A stretch of 64,000 nucleotides of DNA from an uncultured delta proteobacterium (lineage in GTDB: Bacteria > Desulfobacterota > Binatia > UBA9968). Shown here piece by piece: positions 19,950 through 30,842 of the stretch; positions within the stretch are counted from its first letter, which is position 1; each line of letters begins with the position of its first letter. Both the position numbers and the translations under genes were made by a program. Below the pieces are notes generated by a model. That model saw nothing but the letters and a program-made list of their open reading frames with translations. It made no database searches and was not told the DNA's origin. The stretch lies in assembly GCA_963840855.1 (NCBI GenBank), contig CAWJBB010000041.1:128001-192000 (forward strand), read 5' to 3'.

Positions 19950-21098
19950 ATGATGCGAAAAACTGTGATGGCATGGGTTCTCGTTCTCGCGCCTGTCTTT
20001 CTCGTCTCGGGCCGGGGCATGGCGGCCGACGATACGAAGAAAGCGGCCGGCGAGGCTCAAAAGGCGGCCCAGAAGGCCGCTCCGGCGACCGCAAAGCCGG
20101 CCGGACAGAACCAAACAGCGGCTGCGGAAGCGGCGTTTCAAAAGCTCGCCAAGGAACTCTATCCGAAAGCGCAAAAGGAAGGGGCGTTGATCGTTTACTC
20201 GGTGTGGGATGTAGAACATCTCCGGGTCGTCACCGAGGCTTTCACCAAGCGTTTTCCCGGTATCAAAGCGACCTACTGGCAGGCGAGAAATCCTGAAATC
20301 GTCACCCGCGTCCTGACTGAATTTCAGGGCGGCCAAGCGAGCGTGGATGTAATTTTGTCGGACAATGCGCCGTCCGTGTTGCGCGCCGCCGGGGCGATGG
20401 CGAGCTACGAGACGATTCAGAAGGACGTATTGGTCTTGCACGACTCCACCCTGCCGACTGTGAGCCTTCAGGTACAAGCGCTGACTTTCAATACCAAGAA
20501 AATCAAGCCCGCCGAAATGCCGAAGAGCTGGGAGGAAGTCGCCAACCCGAAATTCAAGGGAATGGTGGCGTTGGATGACCCGATGAGAGCCGGGCCGCTC
20601 AGCTCTATGCTTGCGGGCCTAAAGGAGCAATGGAAAGACGACAACCGCTTCAACCATTTCCTCAGGGGGCTTAAGGCGCTGAACGTTCCCGTCCACAAGA
20701 GCACCAGCGCGATGTTTCGTCTGGTGATCGCCGGCGAGTACGCCATCTGCATGCCCGCGCTGCTGCACGACGTGATTGAAGAGAAGGAAAAGGGAACTCC
20801 AGTCGATTACCTCAAAACCGTCGCGCCCATTGTCTTCCCGCGCCAGGCGGGCATTTACGCTAAAGCGCCCAATCCTAATGCGGCGAAACTGTTCGCGGAA
20901 TGGGCTATCTCTCTGGAGGGACAGAAAGTGATCGATTCCGTCGGCAGAGAATCCTCACGCAAGGATTTCAAGTCAAAGACGGCGATCGAATCGGCGTTCC
21001 CCAAAGGTACCAAGGCCGTGCCGGTGAACGATAAGCTTTTTCTCGAAGATCCCAAAAAATGGTTGGATACTCACGTAAAGCCGATTTGGGAAGGGTAG
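19950..21098 (+). CDS. ABC transporter substrate-binding protein (AfuA/FbpA-like fold)
   Basis: Signal peptide, AQKEGALIVYS, PKSWEE and APNPNAAKLF motifs. Confidence 0.88.
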   Translation: MMRKTVMAWVLVLAPVFLVSGRGMAADDTKKAAGEAQKAAQKAAPATAKPAGQNQTAAAEAAFQKLAKELYPKAQKEGALIVYSVWDVEHLRVVTEAFTKRFPGIKATYWQARNPEIVTRVLTEFQGGQASVDVILSDNAPSVLRAAGAMASYETIQKDVLVLHDSTLPTVSLQVQALTFNTKKIKPAEMPKSWEEVANPKFKGMVALDDPMRAGPLSSMLAGLKEQWKDDNRFNHFLRGLKALNVPVHKSTSAMFRLVIAGEYAICMPALLHDVIEEKEKGTPVDYLKTVAPIVFPRQAGIYAKAPNPNAAKLFAEWAISLEGQKVIDSVGRESSRKDFKSKTAIESAFPKGTKAVPVNDKLFLEDPKKWLDTHVKPIWEG

Positions 21099-21246
21099 TA
21101 TCCAGGACAAATGATAAGCGAGGCGAGAGGTCCGGCAAACATCAACATGCCTCGCCCATTTACTGCTCAAGCAATCTACCTGTATGGCTAGGGTACCGGA
21201 TTAATTAGCTGTAAAAGAAATTAACAAAACATTCTCAAAATAGCGC

Positions 21247-21275
21247 TTGACAAGAAAAACGGTTTTAAATAGTAT
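21247..21275 (+). promoter_or_regulatory. sigma70-type promoter upstream of rho
   Basis: TTGACA-17 bp-TAGTAT, about 300 nt before the rho start. Confidence 0.65.
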
Positions 21276-21577
21276 ATAGATAATCGCTCAGCGGTCTTAT
21301 TAACAAAACCCCCACTAGCGAAGCATCGTCCAGTTTGACCCGTTCCTAATTTGATTTGGTTTTCAGCAAAAACCTTCGAAAATCGTCTTGATGCTTGTCG
21401 TAATGACATGCCCGATGCCTAAATTGTGCCATAGCTAAATTTCCGCTGCAGGGGTTCGTCGGATATCCCGAGCCGGTATCGACTGTCCGGGCGAATTAGT
21501 TCCTATTTCAAGATCGACTCACGGGACGGAAAAATTCTTTAGCGCTCTTACCCAGTTTGAAAGGAGAATGATCGTTT

Positions 21578-22879
21578 ATGGTGCGTGGCAGAATGCGGGC
21601 CGCCGAACCGGAAGGTACTGACGACAACGGGCTAAACCTCAAAGCTCTCAAGGAAAAGAAGATCAGCGATCTCGCGTTGATTGGCAAGGGCTTCAACATC
21701 GAAGGCGCGGCTAATATGCGCAAGCAGGAGCTGATTTTCGCGATCCTGCAAGCGCAAACCGACCAGAACGGCCATGTTTATGGCGAGGGCGTTTTGGAAA
21801 CGCTCCCTGATGGATTCGGTTTTCTCCGGGCTCCAGACTACAATTATTTGCCTGGTCCGGATGACATCTATGTGTCTCCCAGCCAAATACGGAGATTTAG
21901 CTTGCGCACGGGGGACATTATTTCCGGCCACATCCGGCCGCCTAAGGAAGGGGAGCGTTATTTTGCGCTGCTGAAGGTCGAGTCTATTAATTACGAAGAC
22001 CCCGAAAAGGCGCGGGAGAAAATCCTTTTCGACAACCTGACTCCGTTATATCCCAACGAGCGACTCCAGCTCGAATCTCAACCCGACAACTACACCACGC
22101 GCATCGTGGACCTGCTTACGCCCATCGGCAAAGGCCAACGCGGCTTAATTGTTGCCGCTCCCCGAACGGGCAAAACCATGATGCTGCAAAATATCGCCAA
22201 AGCGATTGCGCACAATCATAAGGAAGTGATCTTGATCGTGCTGTTGATCGACGAACGGCCCGAAGAAGTCACCGATATGCAGCGGTCCGTAGACGGCGAA
22301 GTCATCAGTTCCACCTTCGACGAACCGGCCACGCGCCATGTGCAGGTGGCGGAGATGGTTATTGAAAAGGCCAAGCGGCTGGTAGAACATGGAAAAGACG
22401 TCGTGATATTGCTCGACAGTATCACGCGATTGGCCCGGGCCTATAATACCGTCGTCCCGCCCAGTGGTAAGATACTCTCCGGCGGTGTCGACTCCAACGC
22501 TCTTCACAAGCCAAAAAAGTTCTTCGGCGCGGCGCGCAATATTGAGGACGGCGGCAGCTTGACCATTTTGGCCACCGCGCTCATCGATACCGGCAGCCGC
22601 ATGGACGAGGTGATCTTCGAGGAATTCAAAGGCACGGGCAATATGGAGGTCAATCTGGACCGCCGATTGATGGATAAGCGCGTCTTTCCTGCCATCGACA
22701 TCAACAAGTCGGGAACCAGAAAGGAAGAATTACTGATCGCCAGAGAAGATCTCAACCGCATCTGGATATTGCGCAAGGTTTTGTCACAGCTGAGCGTCGT
22801 CGAGGCGATGGAATTTTTGCTCGATAAGATGCGCGGCACCAAGAACAATAAAGAGTTTTTGGAATCCATGAGCCAGTGA
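21578..22879 (+). CDS. rho: transcription termination factor Rho
   Basis: [35 protein letters not shown] and FEEFKGTGN motifs. Confidence 0.98.
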   Translation: MVRGRMRAAEPEGTDDNGLNLKALKEKKISDLALIGKGFNIEGAANMRKQELIFAILQAQTDQNGHVYGEGVLETLPDGFGFLRAPDYNYLPGPDDIYVSPSQIRRFSLRTGDIISGHIRPPKEGERYFALLKVESINYEDPEKAREKILFDNLTPLYPNERLQLESQPDNYTTRIVDLLTPIGKGQRGLIVAAPRTGKTMMLQNIAKAIAHNHKEVILIVLLIDERPEEVTDMQRSVDGEVISSTFDEPATRHVQVAEMVIEKAKRLVEHGKDVVILLDSITRLARAYNTVVPPSGKILSGGVDSNALHKPKKFFGAARNIEDGGSLTILATALIDTGSRMDEVIFEEFKGTGNMEVNLDRRLMDKRVFPAIDINKSGTRKEELLIAREDLNRIWILRKVLSQLSVVEAMEFLLDKMRGTKNNKEFLESMSQ

Positions 22880-23027
22880 CCTCTTCGAGTCTTGCCAGCC
22901 TGCCTTGCGTGATCACTCGATCTTTGTTAAAAACGCTCAGGTTGCTAGCTGTCTCTAACTCGTCATAGTTCAATCAGGGGTCCCTCGCCGGGCGTATGTG
23001 CGTCGCGAGGGCTAATCTATCACCTAT

Positions 23028-23104
23028 TACACACCCTCACGGATCTCAATCGGGGTGCCGGGTAAGGTTCGGTTGGGAATTGAAGTGAAGAGAGGATAAG
23101 ACCA
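23028..23104 (+). ncRNA. rpsB 5' leader (t44-like autoregulatory element)
   Basis: ACAC...GGGGTGCC...GGTTCGG...GAGG pattern directly before rpsB. Confidence 0.6.
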
Positions 23105-23117
23105 AAGGAGTAACTGC

Positions 23118-23903
23118 ATGGCGGATATCGCAATGAAACAACTCTTGGAGGCGGGGGTGCATTTTGGGCACCAAACCAGCCGCTGGAATCCAAAGATGAA
23201 ACCCTATATCTTTGGCGCCCGTAACGGGATTCATATCATTGATCTTCAACAGACAGTGTCCATGTTTAAAGACATGGAGAACGCTGTGCGCAATTTAGCG
23301 GCCGCGGGCGGGCATATTCTTTTTGTCGGCACCAAGAAGCAGGCGCAGGACGCGATCAGAGAAGAAGCGGAACGCTGCGGCATGTTTCATGTGCACAACC
23401 GCTGGCTCGGTGGTACGCTCACCAACTTTTCAACGATTCGCCAGAGCATCGAGCGGCTGCGCAAACTGGAAGAGATGGAAAACGATCCGAGAATCGCCGA
23501 GGCGCTCACCAAAAAAGAAATGCTCGGCCTCAAACGCGAAAAGGAAAAACTCGAACAGTCACTGGGCGGGATAAAAGCCATGCGCAAACTCCCGGACGCA
23601 ATTTTTGTCGTGGATCCCAAGCAGGAAGAGATTGCGGTTAAAGAGGCAAGAAAGCTTGGCATCCCGGTGGTCGCGGTTCTCGACACCAACTGCGATCCGG
23701 ATATGGTGGATATTAAAGTCCCTGGTAACGACGATGCGATTCGCGCCATTAGGCTGTTTTGCGCCGCTATTGCCGACGCCGTACTCGAAGGCAAGACCGC
23801 GTATGAACAATCCCTCGTAAAAGAAAAAGAGCGTGAAAAAACGCCGGAAACGGCGGCGGATGGCCGGCCGGGGGCGGAGAGTTCCATGGCGGGAGGGGTA
23901 TGA
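23118..23903 (+). CDS. rpsB: 30S ribosomal protein S2
   Basis: [20 protein letters not shown] and [10 protein letters not shown] motifs. Confidence 0.98.
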   Translation: MADIAMKQLLEAGVHFGHQTSRWNPKMKPYIFGARNGIHIIDLQQTVSMFKDMENAVRNLAAAGGHILFVGTKKQAQDAIREEAERCGMFHVHNRWLGGTLTNFSTIRQSIERLRKLEEMENDPRIAEALTKKEMLGLKREKEKLEQSLGGIKAMRKLPDAIFVVDPKQEEIAVKEARKLGIPVVAVLDTNCDPDMVDIKVPGNDDAIRAIRLFCAAIADAVLEGKTAYEQSLVKEKEREKTPETAADGRPGAESSMAGGV

Positions 23904-23907
23904 GACG

Positions 23908-24522
23908 ATGGAAGTCAGCGCTAACATTGTCAAACAGTTGCGGGAAAAAACCGGCGCGGGATTCATGGATTGTAAGAAGGCCCTTGCCGAAACCGGCGGA
24001 GACATAGAAAAAGCGGTGGATTACTTGAGGAAGCGAGGGGTGGCGGCGGCGGCGAAAAAGGCCGGCCGAGTTGTCACCGATGGCGCGGTCGGCGCTTACG
24101 TCCATCCGGGCGGCAAGGTCGGTGTGCTCTTGGAAATTAATTGCGAAAGCGATTTCGTCGCGCGAAACGCGGAGTTTCAAGCTCTGTTGAAGGATATGGC
24201 AATGCAGGTGGCCGCGGCCAATCCCCGCTATGTGAGGCGCGAAGAGGTCTCTGCCGAGGAGTCTGAAAGGGAAAAATCGATCTACCACCAGCAAGCCCTG
24301 GAAACTGGCAAGCCGGAAAAGGTCATTGAGAAAATCGTCGAAGGCAAGATGGAACGATTTTACTCCGAGGTTTGTTTGCTGGAGCAACCTTTCATTAAAG
24401 ATCCGGACCGTAAAGTATCAGCGGTTATCAACGACGCTATCGCGCGTTTAGGGGAGAATATTCAAGTTCGCCGTTTCGCGCGCTATCATCTCGGTGAAGG
24501 GACGTCCTCCGCCAAGGAATAG
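23908..24522 (+). CDS. tsf: elongation factor Ts (short form)
   Basis: [19 protein letters not shown] and [10 protein letters not shown] motifs. ATG at 23908. Confidence 0.97.
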   Translation: MEVSANIVKQLREKTGAGFMDCKKALAETGGDIEKAVDYLRKRGVAAAAKKAGRVVTDGAVGAYVHPGGKVGVLLEINCESDFVARNAEFQALLKDMAMQVAAANPRYVRREEVSAEESEREKSIYHQQALETGKPEKVIEKIVEGKMERFYSEVCLLEQPFIKDPDRKVSAVINDAIARLGENIQVRRFARYHLGEGTSSAKE

Positions 24523-24541
24523 TTGCATAGCCTGGATAGCC

Positions 24542-25273
24542 ATGGATAACGGAACCCTCAAGTACAAACGCATTATCCTTAAAGTCACCGGTGAAGTCTT
24601 TGCAGGGCCGCAAAAGTACGGTATCGACGGGAAGACCGTAAAAGCCTTCGCCCAGGAAATCCAAGAAGTCAAAGAATTAGGTTGCGAGCTTGCGCTGGTC
24701 ATCGGCGGCGGAAACATATTTCGTGGCGCGGTGGCGAGCGAGATCGGTATGGACCGCGCCAGCGCCGATACGATGGGCATGTTGGCGACGGTAATCAACA
24801 GCCTGGCGCTGCAAGACGCTCTGGAGAAACTCGGGGTTTCGACTCGGGTCTTATCTGCCATAGAAATGCGCCAGGTCGCCGAGCCTTATATCCGGCGGCG
24901 CGCGACGCGCCATTTGGAGAAGGGCAGAGTCGTGATCTTCGCCGGCGGTACCGGCAACCCCTTTTTTACGACCGACACCACCGCTAGCCTCCGGGCGATG
25001 GAAATAGGCGCTGAAGTTCTTCTAAAGGCGACCAAGGTCGAAGGCGTCTACGATGCTGATCCCTTCAAAAATGAAAGCGCCACCAAGTTTGAAGAGTTGA
25101 CCTACATCGAGGTCCTGAACCGCGAGCTCAAAGTGATGGATTCTACGGCCATATCCTTATGTATGGATAATCATGTGCCGATCATCGTCTTCAACATCAT
25201 GGAAAAAGGCAACATCTTGCGCGTCGTATCGGGAGAACCCATCGGCACTCTAGTCAGCGGGGGAAAGCGATGA
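24542..25273 (+). CDS. pyrH: UMP kinase
   Basis: [15 protein letters not shown] and [10 protein letters not shown] motifs. Confidence 0.97.
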   Translation: MDNGTLKYKRIILKVTGEVFAGPQKYGIDGKTVKAFAQEIQEVKELGCELALVIGGGNIFRGAVASEIGMDRASADTMGMLATVINSLALQDALEKLGVSTRVLSAIEMRQVAEPYIRRRATRHLEKGRVVIFAGGTGNPFFTTDTTASLRAMEIGAEVLLKATKVEGVYDADPFKNESATKFEELTYIEVLNRELKVMDSTAISLCMDNHVPIIVFNIMEKGNILRVVSGEPIGTLVSGGKR

Positions 25274-25827
25274 ACGAAGTAATTTTTGCACAGGTGCAAA
25301 AAGAGATGGACGAATCGGTGGGCGCGTTGCGCAAGGAGTTGGCCAAGCTTCGTACCGGAAGAGCTTCCACCGCGCTGTTGGAACATATCGTGGTGGAATA
25401 CTACGGTGCCACCACTCCTTTAAATCAGCTGGCGACATTGAGCGCACCGGAAACGCGGCTCTTGGTGATTCAGCCCTATGACCGTAGCGCGATGGTGAAT
25501 ATAGAAAAGGCCCTCTTGAAATCGGATTTGGGGCTCACGCCAAACAATGATGGGAAAATCATTCGCGTGCCGATTCCCCAGCTCACGGAGGAGCGGCGCA
25601 AGGATCTGGTGAAGCATGTTAAAAGGATCGGCGAAGAGTTTCGCGTTTCCGTTCGCAATCACCGCCGGGTAGCCATTGAACGCCTGAAAGAGGCTGAGAA
25701 AAAGAAAGAGATCACGGCAGATGATTTTAAGCATGGCCAGGATCGGGTGCAGAAAACCACCGATGATTTCATTGGCAAAATTGATCAAGTCATCAAAGCC
25801 AAGGAAGCGGAGGTCATGGAGGTGTGA
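25270..25827 (+). CDS. frr: ribosome recycling factor
   Basis: [17 protein letters not shown] and VRNHRR motifs. Conserved synteny. Confidence 0.97.
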   Translation: MNEVIFAQVQKEMDESVGALRKELAKLRTGRASTALLEHIVVEYYGATTPLNQLATLSAPETRLLVIQPYDRSAMVNIEKALLKSDLGLTPNNDGKIIRVPIPQLTEERRKDLVKHVKRIGEEFRVSVRNHRRVAIERLKEAEKKKEITADDFKHGQDRVQKTTDDFIGKIDQVIKAKEAEVMEV

Positions 25828-25936
25828 TCCGCCGTTGACCCGCCGCTTCACCATGTGTTTCCTGCGCTATTGTCGCGGAATCTCGCTCCACCCGCCGCTT
25901 ACGCAAGTGCAAGCGCTACCGCGCGTTTAAAGAATC

Positions 25937-26716
25937 ATGGAGCTCAACGGTCTGGACAAGAGCCGTTTGCCCCAGCATGTGGCCATTATTATGGACGGCA
26001 ATGGGCGCTGGGCGAAGTTGCGTGGCAAGAGCCGGATCGAGGGCCACCGCCGCGGCAAGACATCGGTGCGCGTGATCGTCGAAATGAGCCGCAAGATCGG
26101 CATTCGCTATCTGTCATTGTACGCGTTTTCCACCGAGAATTGGTTGCGCCCGAGAGAGGAAGTGCATGCCTTGATGGGCCTGCTGGAGCATTATCTTGCC
26201 GTGGAGCAAGCGAAACTGATGCGCTACGGTATCCGGCTTCTCGCGGTCGGCGACCGGGAGCGTCTTCCTGCGCGGGTGCGGCGCGCCCTTGAACAAGTGA
26301 TAGCGCGGACGCAGGATAACCGGCGCATGACCGTGATTCTGGCCCTGAGTTACAGCGGGCGCGACGACATTGTCCGCATGGCCAGACATCTGGCGCGTGA
26401 AGCGCGCGCGGGCAGATTAGATCCCGAGACCGTCAACGAAGAAATCATCTCGGCGCAGCTCGATACGGCGGGGGTGCCCGACCCGGATCTGTTGATTCGT
26501 ACCAGCGGCGAGCAACGCATCAGCAATTTCTTCTTGTGGCAAATCGCCTACAGCGAGCTCTACGTGACCCCGACGCTCTGGCCCGACTTTCGTGAGCGCG
26601 AGTATGTCGCGGCCCTTACTGAATATCAGAGCCGGCGCAGAAGGTTCGGCCGAACCGACGAGCAACTCGACCAAACGCCGCCCCAGTCCGTGCAGGCCAG
26701 TGGAAGCGAATCTTAA
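25937..26716 (+). CDS. uppS: undecaprenyl diphosphate synthase
   Basis: IIMDGNGRWA, FSTENW and IRTSGEQRISNF motifs. Confidence 0.96.
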   Translation: MELNGLDKSRLPQHVAIIMDGNGRWAKLRGKSRIEGHRRGKTSVRVIVEMSRKIGIRYLSLYAFSTENWLRPREEVHALMGLLEHYLAVEQAKLMRYGIRLLAVGDRERLPARVRRALEQVIARTQDNRRMTVILALSYSGRDDIVRMARHLAREARAGRLDPETVNEEIISAQLDTAGVPDPDLLIRTSGEQRISNFFLWQIAYSELYVTPTLWPDFREREYVAALTEYQSRRRRFGRTDEQLDQTPPQSVQASGSES

Positions 26717-27506
26717 GCGGCGAGTTCTCACCGCGCTGGTTGCCATCTCGCTTGTGGCTATGATCGTCGGTTGGGCACCGCCGTGGATTTTTACCGCTCT
26801 GGTTCTGAGCGTGACAGCGCTGGCGCTCTATGAATATTTCGCTATGGCGCTACCGGGACACCCCGGCGAGCAATTTCTGGGGGTTTTATTCGGCATCACG
26901 GTGTCGCTCTTGTTGGTGATCCCCGACCTCGCTCAAAGGGAGCTATGGCTTTCGCTGTTGTTGGTGCTAAGTTTTACGGGTTACGTGTTTGTCGGCGGCA
27001 AACTACAGGAGAAATTTACCAGGCTGGCCTGGACCGTGCTTGGCGGTTTTTATATCGGTTTGTTGATGCCGAACTGGATTTTCTTGTTTCGATTTCCCGA
27101 CGGTCGAAGCTGGGTATTTTTCGTTCTCAGCGTGATTGTGGCGGGCGATACAGCGGCGTATTTTACGGGAAAGCGGTTTGGCGTCAAGACGCTCGCCCCG
27201 GAAATCAGCCCGGCTAAGACCGTGGCGGGCGCTTGGGGCTACCTATGTGGCAGCGTCGTCGCGGGCGCCATCGCAGCGCCATTGTTCCTAGGTAAGTATC
27301 CGTTTTTGGCGATCACCGGATTGGCGCTGATTCTGGCGGCGCTGGGTCAGCTCGGCGATTTGTTTGAGTCTTTGCTTAAGCGTGTTTTCGCCGTAAAGGA
27401 TTCAAGCGCGCTACTGCCGGGACATGGCGGAGTCTTGGACCGCCTCGATAGTTTGATATTTCCTGCGGTGTTTGCGAACGCCTATTTGAGAGTCTTCCAT
27501 TCATGA
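26700..27506 (+). CDS. cdsA: phosphatidate cytidylyltransferase
   Basis: ISPAKT, GDLFESLLKR and PGHGGVLDRLDS motifs. GTG start inferred. Confidence 0.95.
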   Translation: MEANLKRRVLTALVAISLVAMIVGWAPPWIFTALVLSVTALALYEYFAMALPGHPGEQFLGVLFGITVSLLLVIPDLAQRELWLSLLLVLSFTGYVFVGGKLQEKFTRLAWTVLGGFYIGLLMPNWIFLFRFPDGRSWVFFVLSVIVAGDTAAYFTGKRFGVKTLAPEISPAKTVAGAWGYLCGSVVAGAIAAPLFLGKYPFLAITGLALILAALGQLGDLFESLLKRVFAVKDSSALLPGHGGVLDRLDSLIFPAVFANAYLRVFHS

Positions 27507-28684
27507 AAACCATCGCGCTCTTAGGCTCCACTGGGTCCATCGGCATGAGCACTTTGGATTTGGTGCGCCAATTTCCCGAGCGTTTCAAAATTCATGGCAT
27601 GGCGGCGGGAGTGAATCTCAAACGACTCGCGGCTCAGGTAAAAGAGTTTTCTCCGCGCGTCGTGTCGATCAAACATGAAAAAGACGTGCCGCGCATGCGG
27701 CAGTTATTGAACGGGCAGCGGGTGGAAGTACTTTGGGGCGAAGCGGGTGCCGCCGAAATCGCCAGCGCTAACGAGGTAGACGTTGTATTGGCCGCCATCG
27801 TCGGCGGGGCGGGGTTAATGCCGACTTTCAAGGCGCTCAACGCCGGTAAGGAGATCGCTCTCGCCAACAAAGAGGCGCTGGTGATGGCGGGCGAGCTTTT
27901 GGTCAGCGCCGCGGAGAAAAAGGGCGTAAGGCTGTTCCCCGTGGACAGCGAGCACAGCGCCATTTTTCAATGCCTGCAAGGCAACTTGCGCGACGAGGTG
28001 GACAAGCTCATTTTGACCGCGTCGGGGGGGCCGTTCCTGCGCATGCCGCTGAAGCGATTGGGCAGCGTGACGGTGGCCCAGGCGCTCAAGCATCCCAATT
28101 GGAAAATGGGACGCAAAATCACCATCGACTCGGCAACCATGATGAATAAGGGATTAGAGGTGGTGGAGGCGCGCTGGGAATTCCAAATGGTACCTGAATG
28201 TATAGAAGTAGTAATTCATCCCCAGAGCGTCGTGCACTCCATGGTCCGGTACCAGGACGGCGCGGTCATTGCCCAGTTAGGCGTTCCCGACATGCGAATT
28301 CCGATTGCCTACGCCTTGGCTTACCCGCATCGTTTAAAAGGAAAGTGGCAGGCTCTGGAACTCACCCGGCATGGTGAGTTAAACTTTCTCCCGGTGGATC
28401 ATAAGCGATACCCTGCCCTCGGGCTTGCCTACGGGGCGTTACGCGAAGGTGGCACGATGCCGACGGTACTCAACGCGGCCAATGAAGTGGCGGTGGAGGC
28501 ATTTCTCGAAGGGAGGATCGGATTTCGCGATATTCATCGCGTTATTGATAAGACGATGCAGCGCCATGCGGCGACGCGTCCAAAAGATATAGGCGAGATT
28601 CTCAGCGTGGACCGCTGGGCGCGTGAGAACGCATCTTCGTTAGTGAACCGGACTTACGGAAGGATAAAAGCATGGAAAGCGTAA
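27503..28684 (+). CDS. dxr: 1-deoxy-D-xylulose 5-phosphate reductoisomerase
   Basis: LGSTGSIG, LANKE, PVDSEH and HPNWKMG motifs. Confidence 0.97.
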   Translation: MKTIALLGSTGSIGMSTLDLVRQFPERFKIHGMAAGVNLKRLAAQVKEFSPRVVSIKHEKDVPRMRQLLNGQRVEVLWGEAGAAEIASANEVDVVLAAIVGGAGLMPTFKALNAGKEIALANKEALVMAGELLVSAAEKKGVRLFPVDSEHSAIFQCLQGNLRDEVDKLILTASGGPFLRMPLKRLGSVTVAQALKHPNWKMGRKITIDSATMMNKGLEVVEARWEFQMVPECIEVVIHPQSVVHSMVRYQDGAVIAQLGVPDMRIPIAYALAYPHRLKGKWQALELTRHGELNFLPVDHKRYPALGLAYGALREGGTMPTVLNAANEVAVEAFLEGRIGFRDIHRVIDKTMQRHAATRPKDIGEILSVDRWARENASSLVNRTYGRIKAWKA

Positions 28685-29754
28685 TTTATTCGATCGTCGC
28701 GGCTATCATAGGACTTGGGGTTTTAATCGTATTCCACGAATTCGGCCACTTCCTGGTCGCCAAGCTGTGTGGCGTGGGCGTGCTGACTTTTTCCGTGGGT
28801 TTCGGACCCAAGCTTCTCGTCAAGAAAAAAGGTGAGACTGAATACGCCTTGAGCGCATTTCCTCTCGGTGGCTACGTCAAGATGGTCGGCGAAGATCCCG
28901 CGGACGAGGTCTCACAAGCTGATGTCCAACGCTCCTTTGCTCATAAGGGACTTCTCCAGCGCGTGGCCATCGTTGGCGCCGGACCGGGGTTCAATCTTTT
29001 GCTCGCGGTTATTCTCCTCATGGTTGTTTTTTTGTTCTACGGTGTTCCTGTCGTTTCGACCCAGATTGGCAGCGTCGAAAAGGGCTCTCCCGCGGAATTG
29101 GGGGGAATCCAAAAGGGCGACCGTATTGTCGCCATCGATGGCCGGAGCGTCGACAGCTGGGAGACGCTTTCCGGCGCGATCAAGGAAAGCCAGGGGAAAC
29201 CCTTAAACGTTCAAGTACGGCGGGGAGCCGAGGAAGTCATGGTCACGGTGGTGCCGCGCAAGAAAGAGGCGCGCAACATTTTCGGCGAGCGGCGCGATGA
29301 GTGGATGATCGGCATTGGCAGCCAAGTGACCATTGAAAAAGGCAACGCCGGTCTGTCCATCGTGAAAGCTTTTACGCAAACCTATGACTACGCCAAGCTA
29401 ACGCTGGTGGCTCTCTATAAAATGGTTACGGGCGAAGTGTCGCCACGCAATCTTGGCGGGCCGATTCTCATAGCTCAAATGGCAGGGCAGCAGGCCCAGG
29501 AAGGATTCGCCAGTTTTTTGGCTTTCGTTGCGGTGTTGAGTATCAATCTTGGTGTACTCAACTTATTGCCCATTCCGGTGCTGGATGGCGGCCATCTATT
29601 GTTTTTTATGGTGGAAGCGGTAATCGGGCGGCCGGTGGCCGTGCGCCACCGCGAAGTCGCCCAACAAGTCGGCATATTTCTTTTGATGCTCCTGATGGTT
29701 TACGCCTTCTATAACGACATCGCGCGTTTCTTTGAAAAACAGGTGGGAGGATGA
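28672..29754 (+). CDS. rseP: RIP metalloprotease RseP
   Basis: HEFGH, PDZ domain and NLLPIPVLDGG motif. Confidence 0.95.
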   Translation: MESVIYSIVAAIIGLGVLIVFHEFGHFLVAKLCGVGVLTFSVGFGPKLLVKKKGETEYALSAFPLGGYVKMVGEDPADEVSQADVQRSFAHKGLLQRVAIVGAGPGFNLLLAVILLMVVFLFYGVPVVSTQIGSVEKGSPAELGGIQKGDRIVAIDGRSVDSWETLSGAIKESQGKPLNVQVRRGAEEVMVTVVPRKKEARNIFGERRDEWMIGIGSQVTIEKGNAGLSIVKAFTQTYDYAKLTLVALYKMVTGEVSPRNLGGPILIAQMAGQQAQEGFASFLAFVAVLSINLGVLNLLPIPVLDGGHLLFFMVEAVIGRPVAVRHREVAQQVGIFLLMLLMVYAFYNDIARFFEKQVGG

Positions 29755-30488
29755 GGCTACTTGGTGTCGACACCTCATCCTCCCATGCCAGTGTGGCCAT
29801 CGTTGAAAATGGCCGGCTTATCAGCGAGAAATGGCATCGCCCCGACGCAGCGATTACCACGAGTACGGCCCGCTCGAGAAATAACCACGCGGCGATTCTC
29901 CTGCCCCTGATTGACTCGGCGCTAGGAGGAGCGGCTCTTACCCTGAGCGATATTTCGGGATTCGCCGTCGCCATCGGTCCCGGCTCTTTTACCGGCCTGC
30001 GTATCGGCTTGAGCACGGTACAGGGCCTTGCGTACGGTTCCGGCATATCCGTTATCGGTGTTTCCACGCTTCATGCCATTGCGGCGCGAATCAATGATTT
30101 TAACGGTATCATTTGCGCCATTTTGGATGCGCGCAAAAAAGAAGTGTACGGGGCGCTTTTTCGCCGGAGCGGCTGCTCTCTCAAGCGGCTCACGGATGAT
30201 GCAGTGGTGTCGTGCGAGAGGCTCGGCGAGCTTCTCCGTGAATTCAATCCTGCGCAACCCATTTTGCTCACCGGCGATGGGACGACCACTTACGGAGAGC
30301 GCCTCGTTGTGTCTCTTGGCGGTCAGGTTCGGGTTTGCCAGAATGAAATTGCGCCGACCGTTGCGGCTGCGGTTGCGCTTCTTGGTGAGGCCCATGTTGC
30401 CCGCGGCGCGGCACTTCCGCAGGCTTCGCTGTCGCCCCATTATGTGCGCCCGGCCGAGGCTGAGTTAGGCTCACGAAAGCCGGCCTAA
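29751..30488 (+). CDS. tsaB: tRNA threonylcarbamoyladenosine biosynthesis protein TsaB
   Basis: LGVDTS, GPGSFTGLRIG and DARKKEVY motifs. Confidence 0.95.
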   Translation: MRLLGVDTSSSHASVAIVENGRLISEKWHRPDAAITTSTARSRNNHAAILLPLIDSALGGAALTLSDISGFAVAIGPGSFTGLRIGLSTVQGLAYGSGISVIGVSTLHAIAARINDFNGIICAILDARKKEVYGALFRRSGCSLKRLTDDAVVSCERLGELLREFNPAQPILLTGDGTTTYGERLVVSLGGQVRVCQNEIAPTVAAAVALLGEAHVARGAALPQASLSPHYVRPAEAELGSRKPA

Positions 30489-30517
30489 CTCGTTGAAACT
30501 ATTCCGATAAACCTACG

Positions 30518-30546
30518 TTGACAAAAAAAACATCGTACGTTAAATT
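30518..30546 (+). promoter_or_regulatory. sigma70-type promoter
   Basis: TTGACA-17 bp-TAAATT upstream of the DUF465-ilvBN genes. Confidence 0.65.
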
Positions 30547-30597
30547 AAGCCCTCGCGAAAAAATCTTTAGCAAATTAGAAATAGGAGGCTGACCCCT

Positions 30598-30834
30598 ATG
30601 GAACATAGAGAAGAGCAGGCGATCGTCTCCCTTTTGGACAAGGACCAGGAGCTGAAAAGATTTTACGATGAGCACCAGGAGTTGGAAAAGCAATTGGCTG
30701 TCTTTCAACGCAAACACCATTTATCACCTGAAGAAGAAATAGAAATGAAAAGAATTCAGAAACTCAAACTCGTGGGCAAAGACAAGATCATGGAGATACT
30801 GGGCAAGCATCGGCAGAACGGCGACATCAAATAG
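30598..30834 (+). CDS. DUF465/YdcH-family small coiled-coil protein
   Basis: EHQELEKQL...KLKLVGKD pattern and strong RBS AGGAGG. Confidence 0.8.
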   Translation: MEHREEQAIVSLLDKDQELKRFYDEHQELEKQLAVFQRKHHLSPEEEIEMKRIQKLKLVGKDKIMEILGKHRQNGDIK

Positions 30835-30842
30835 GGGCAGCC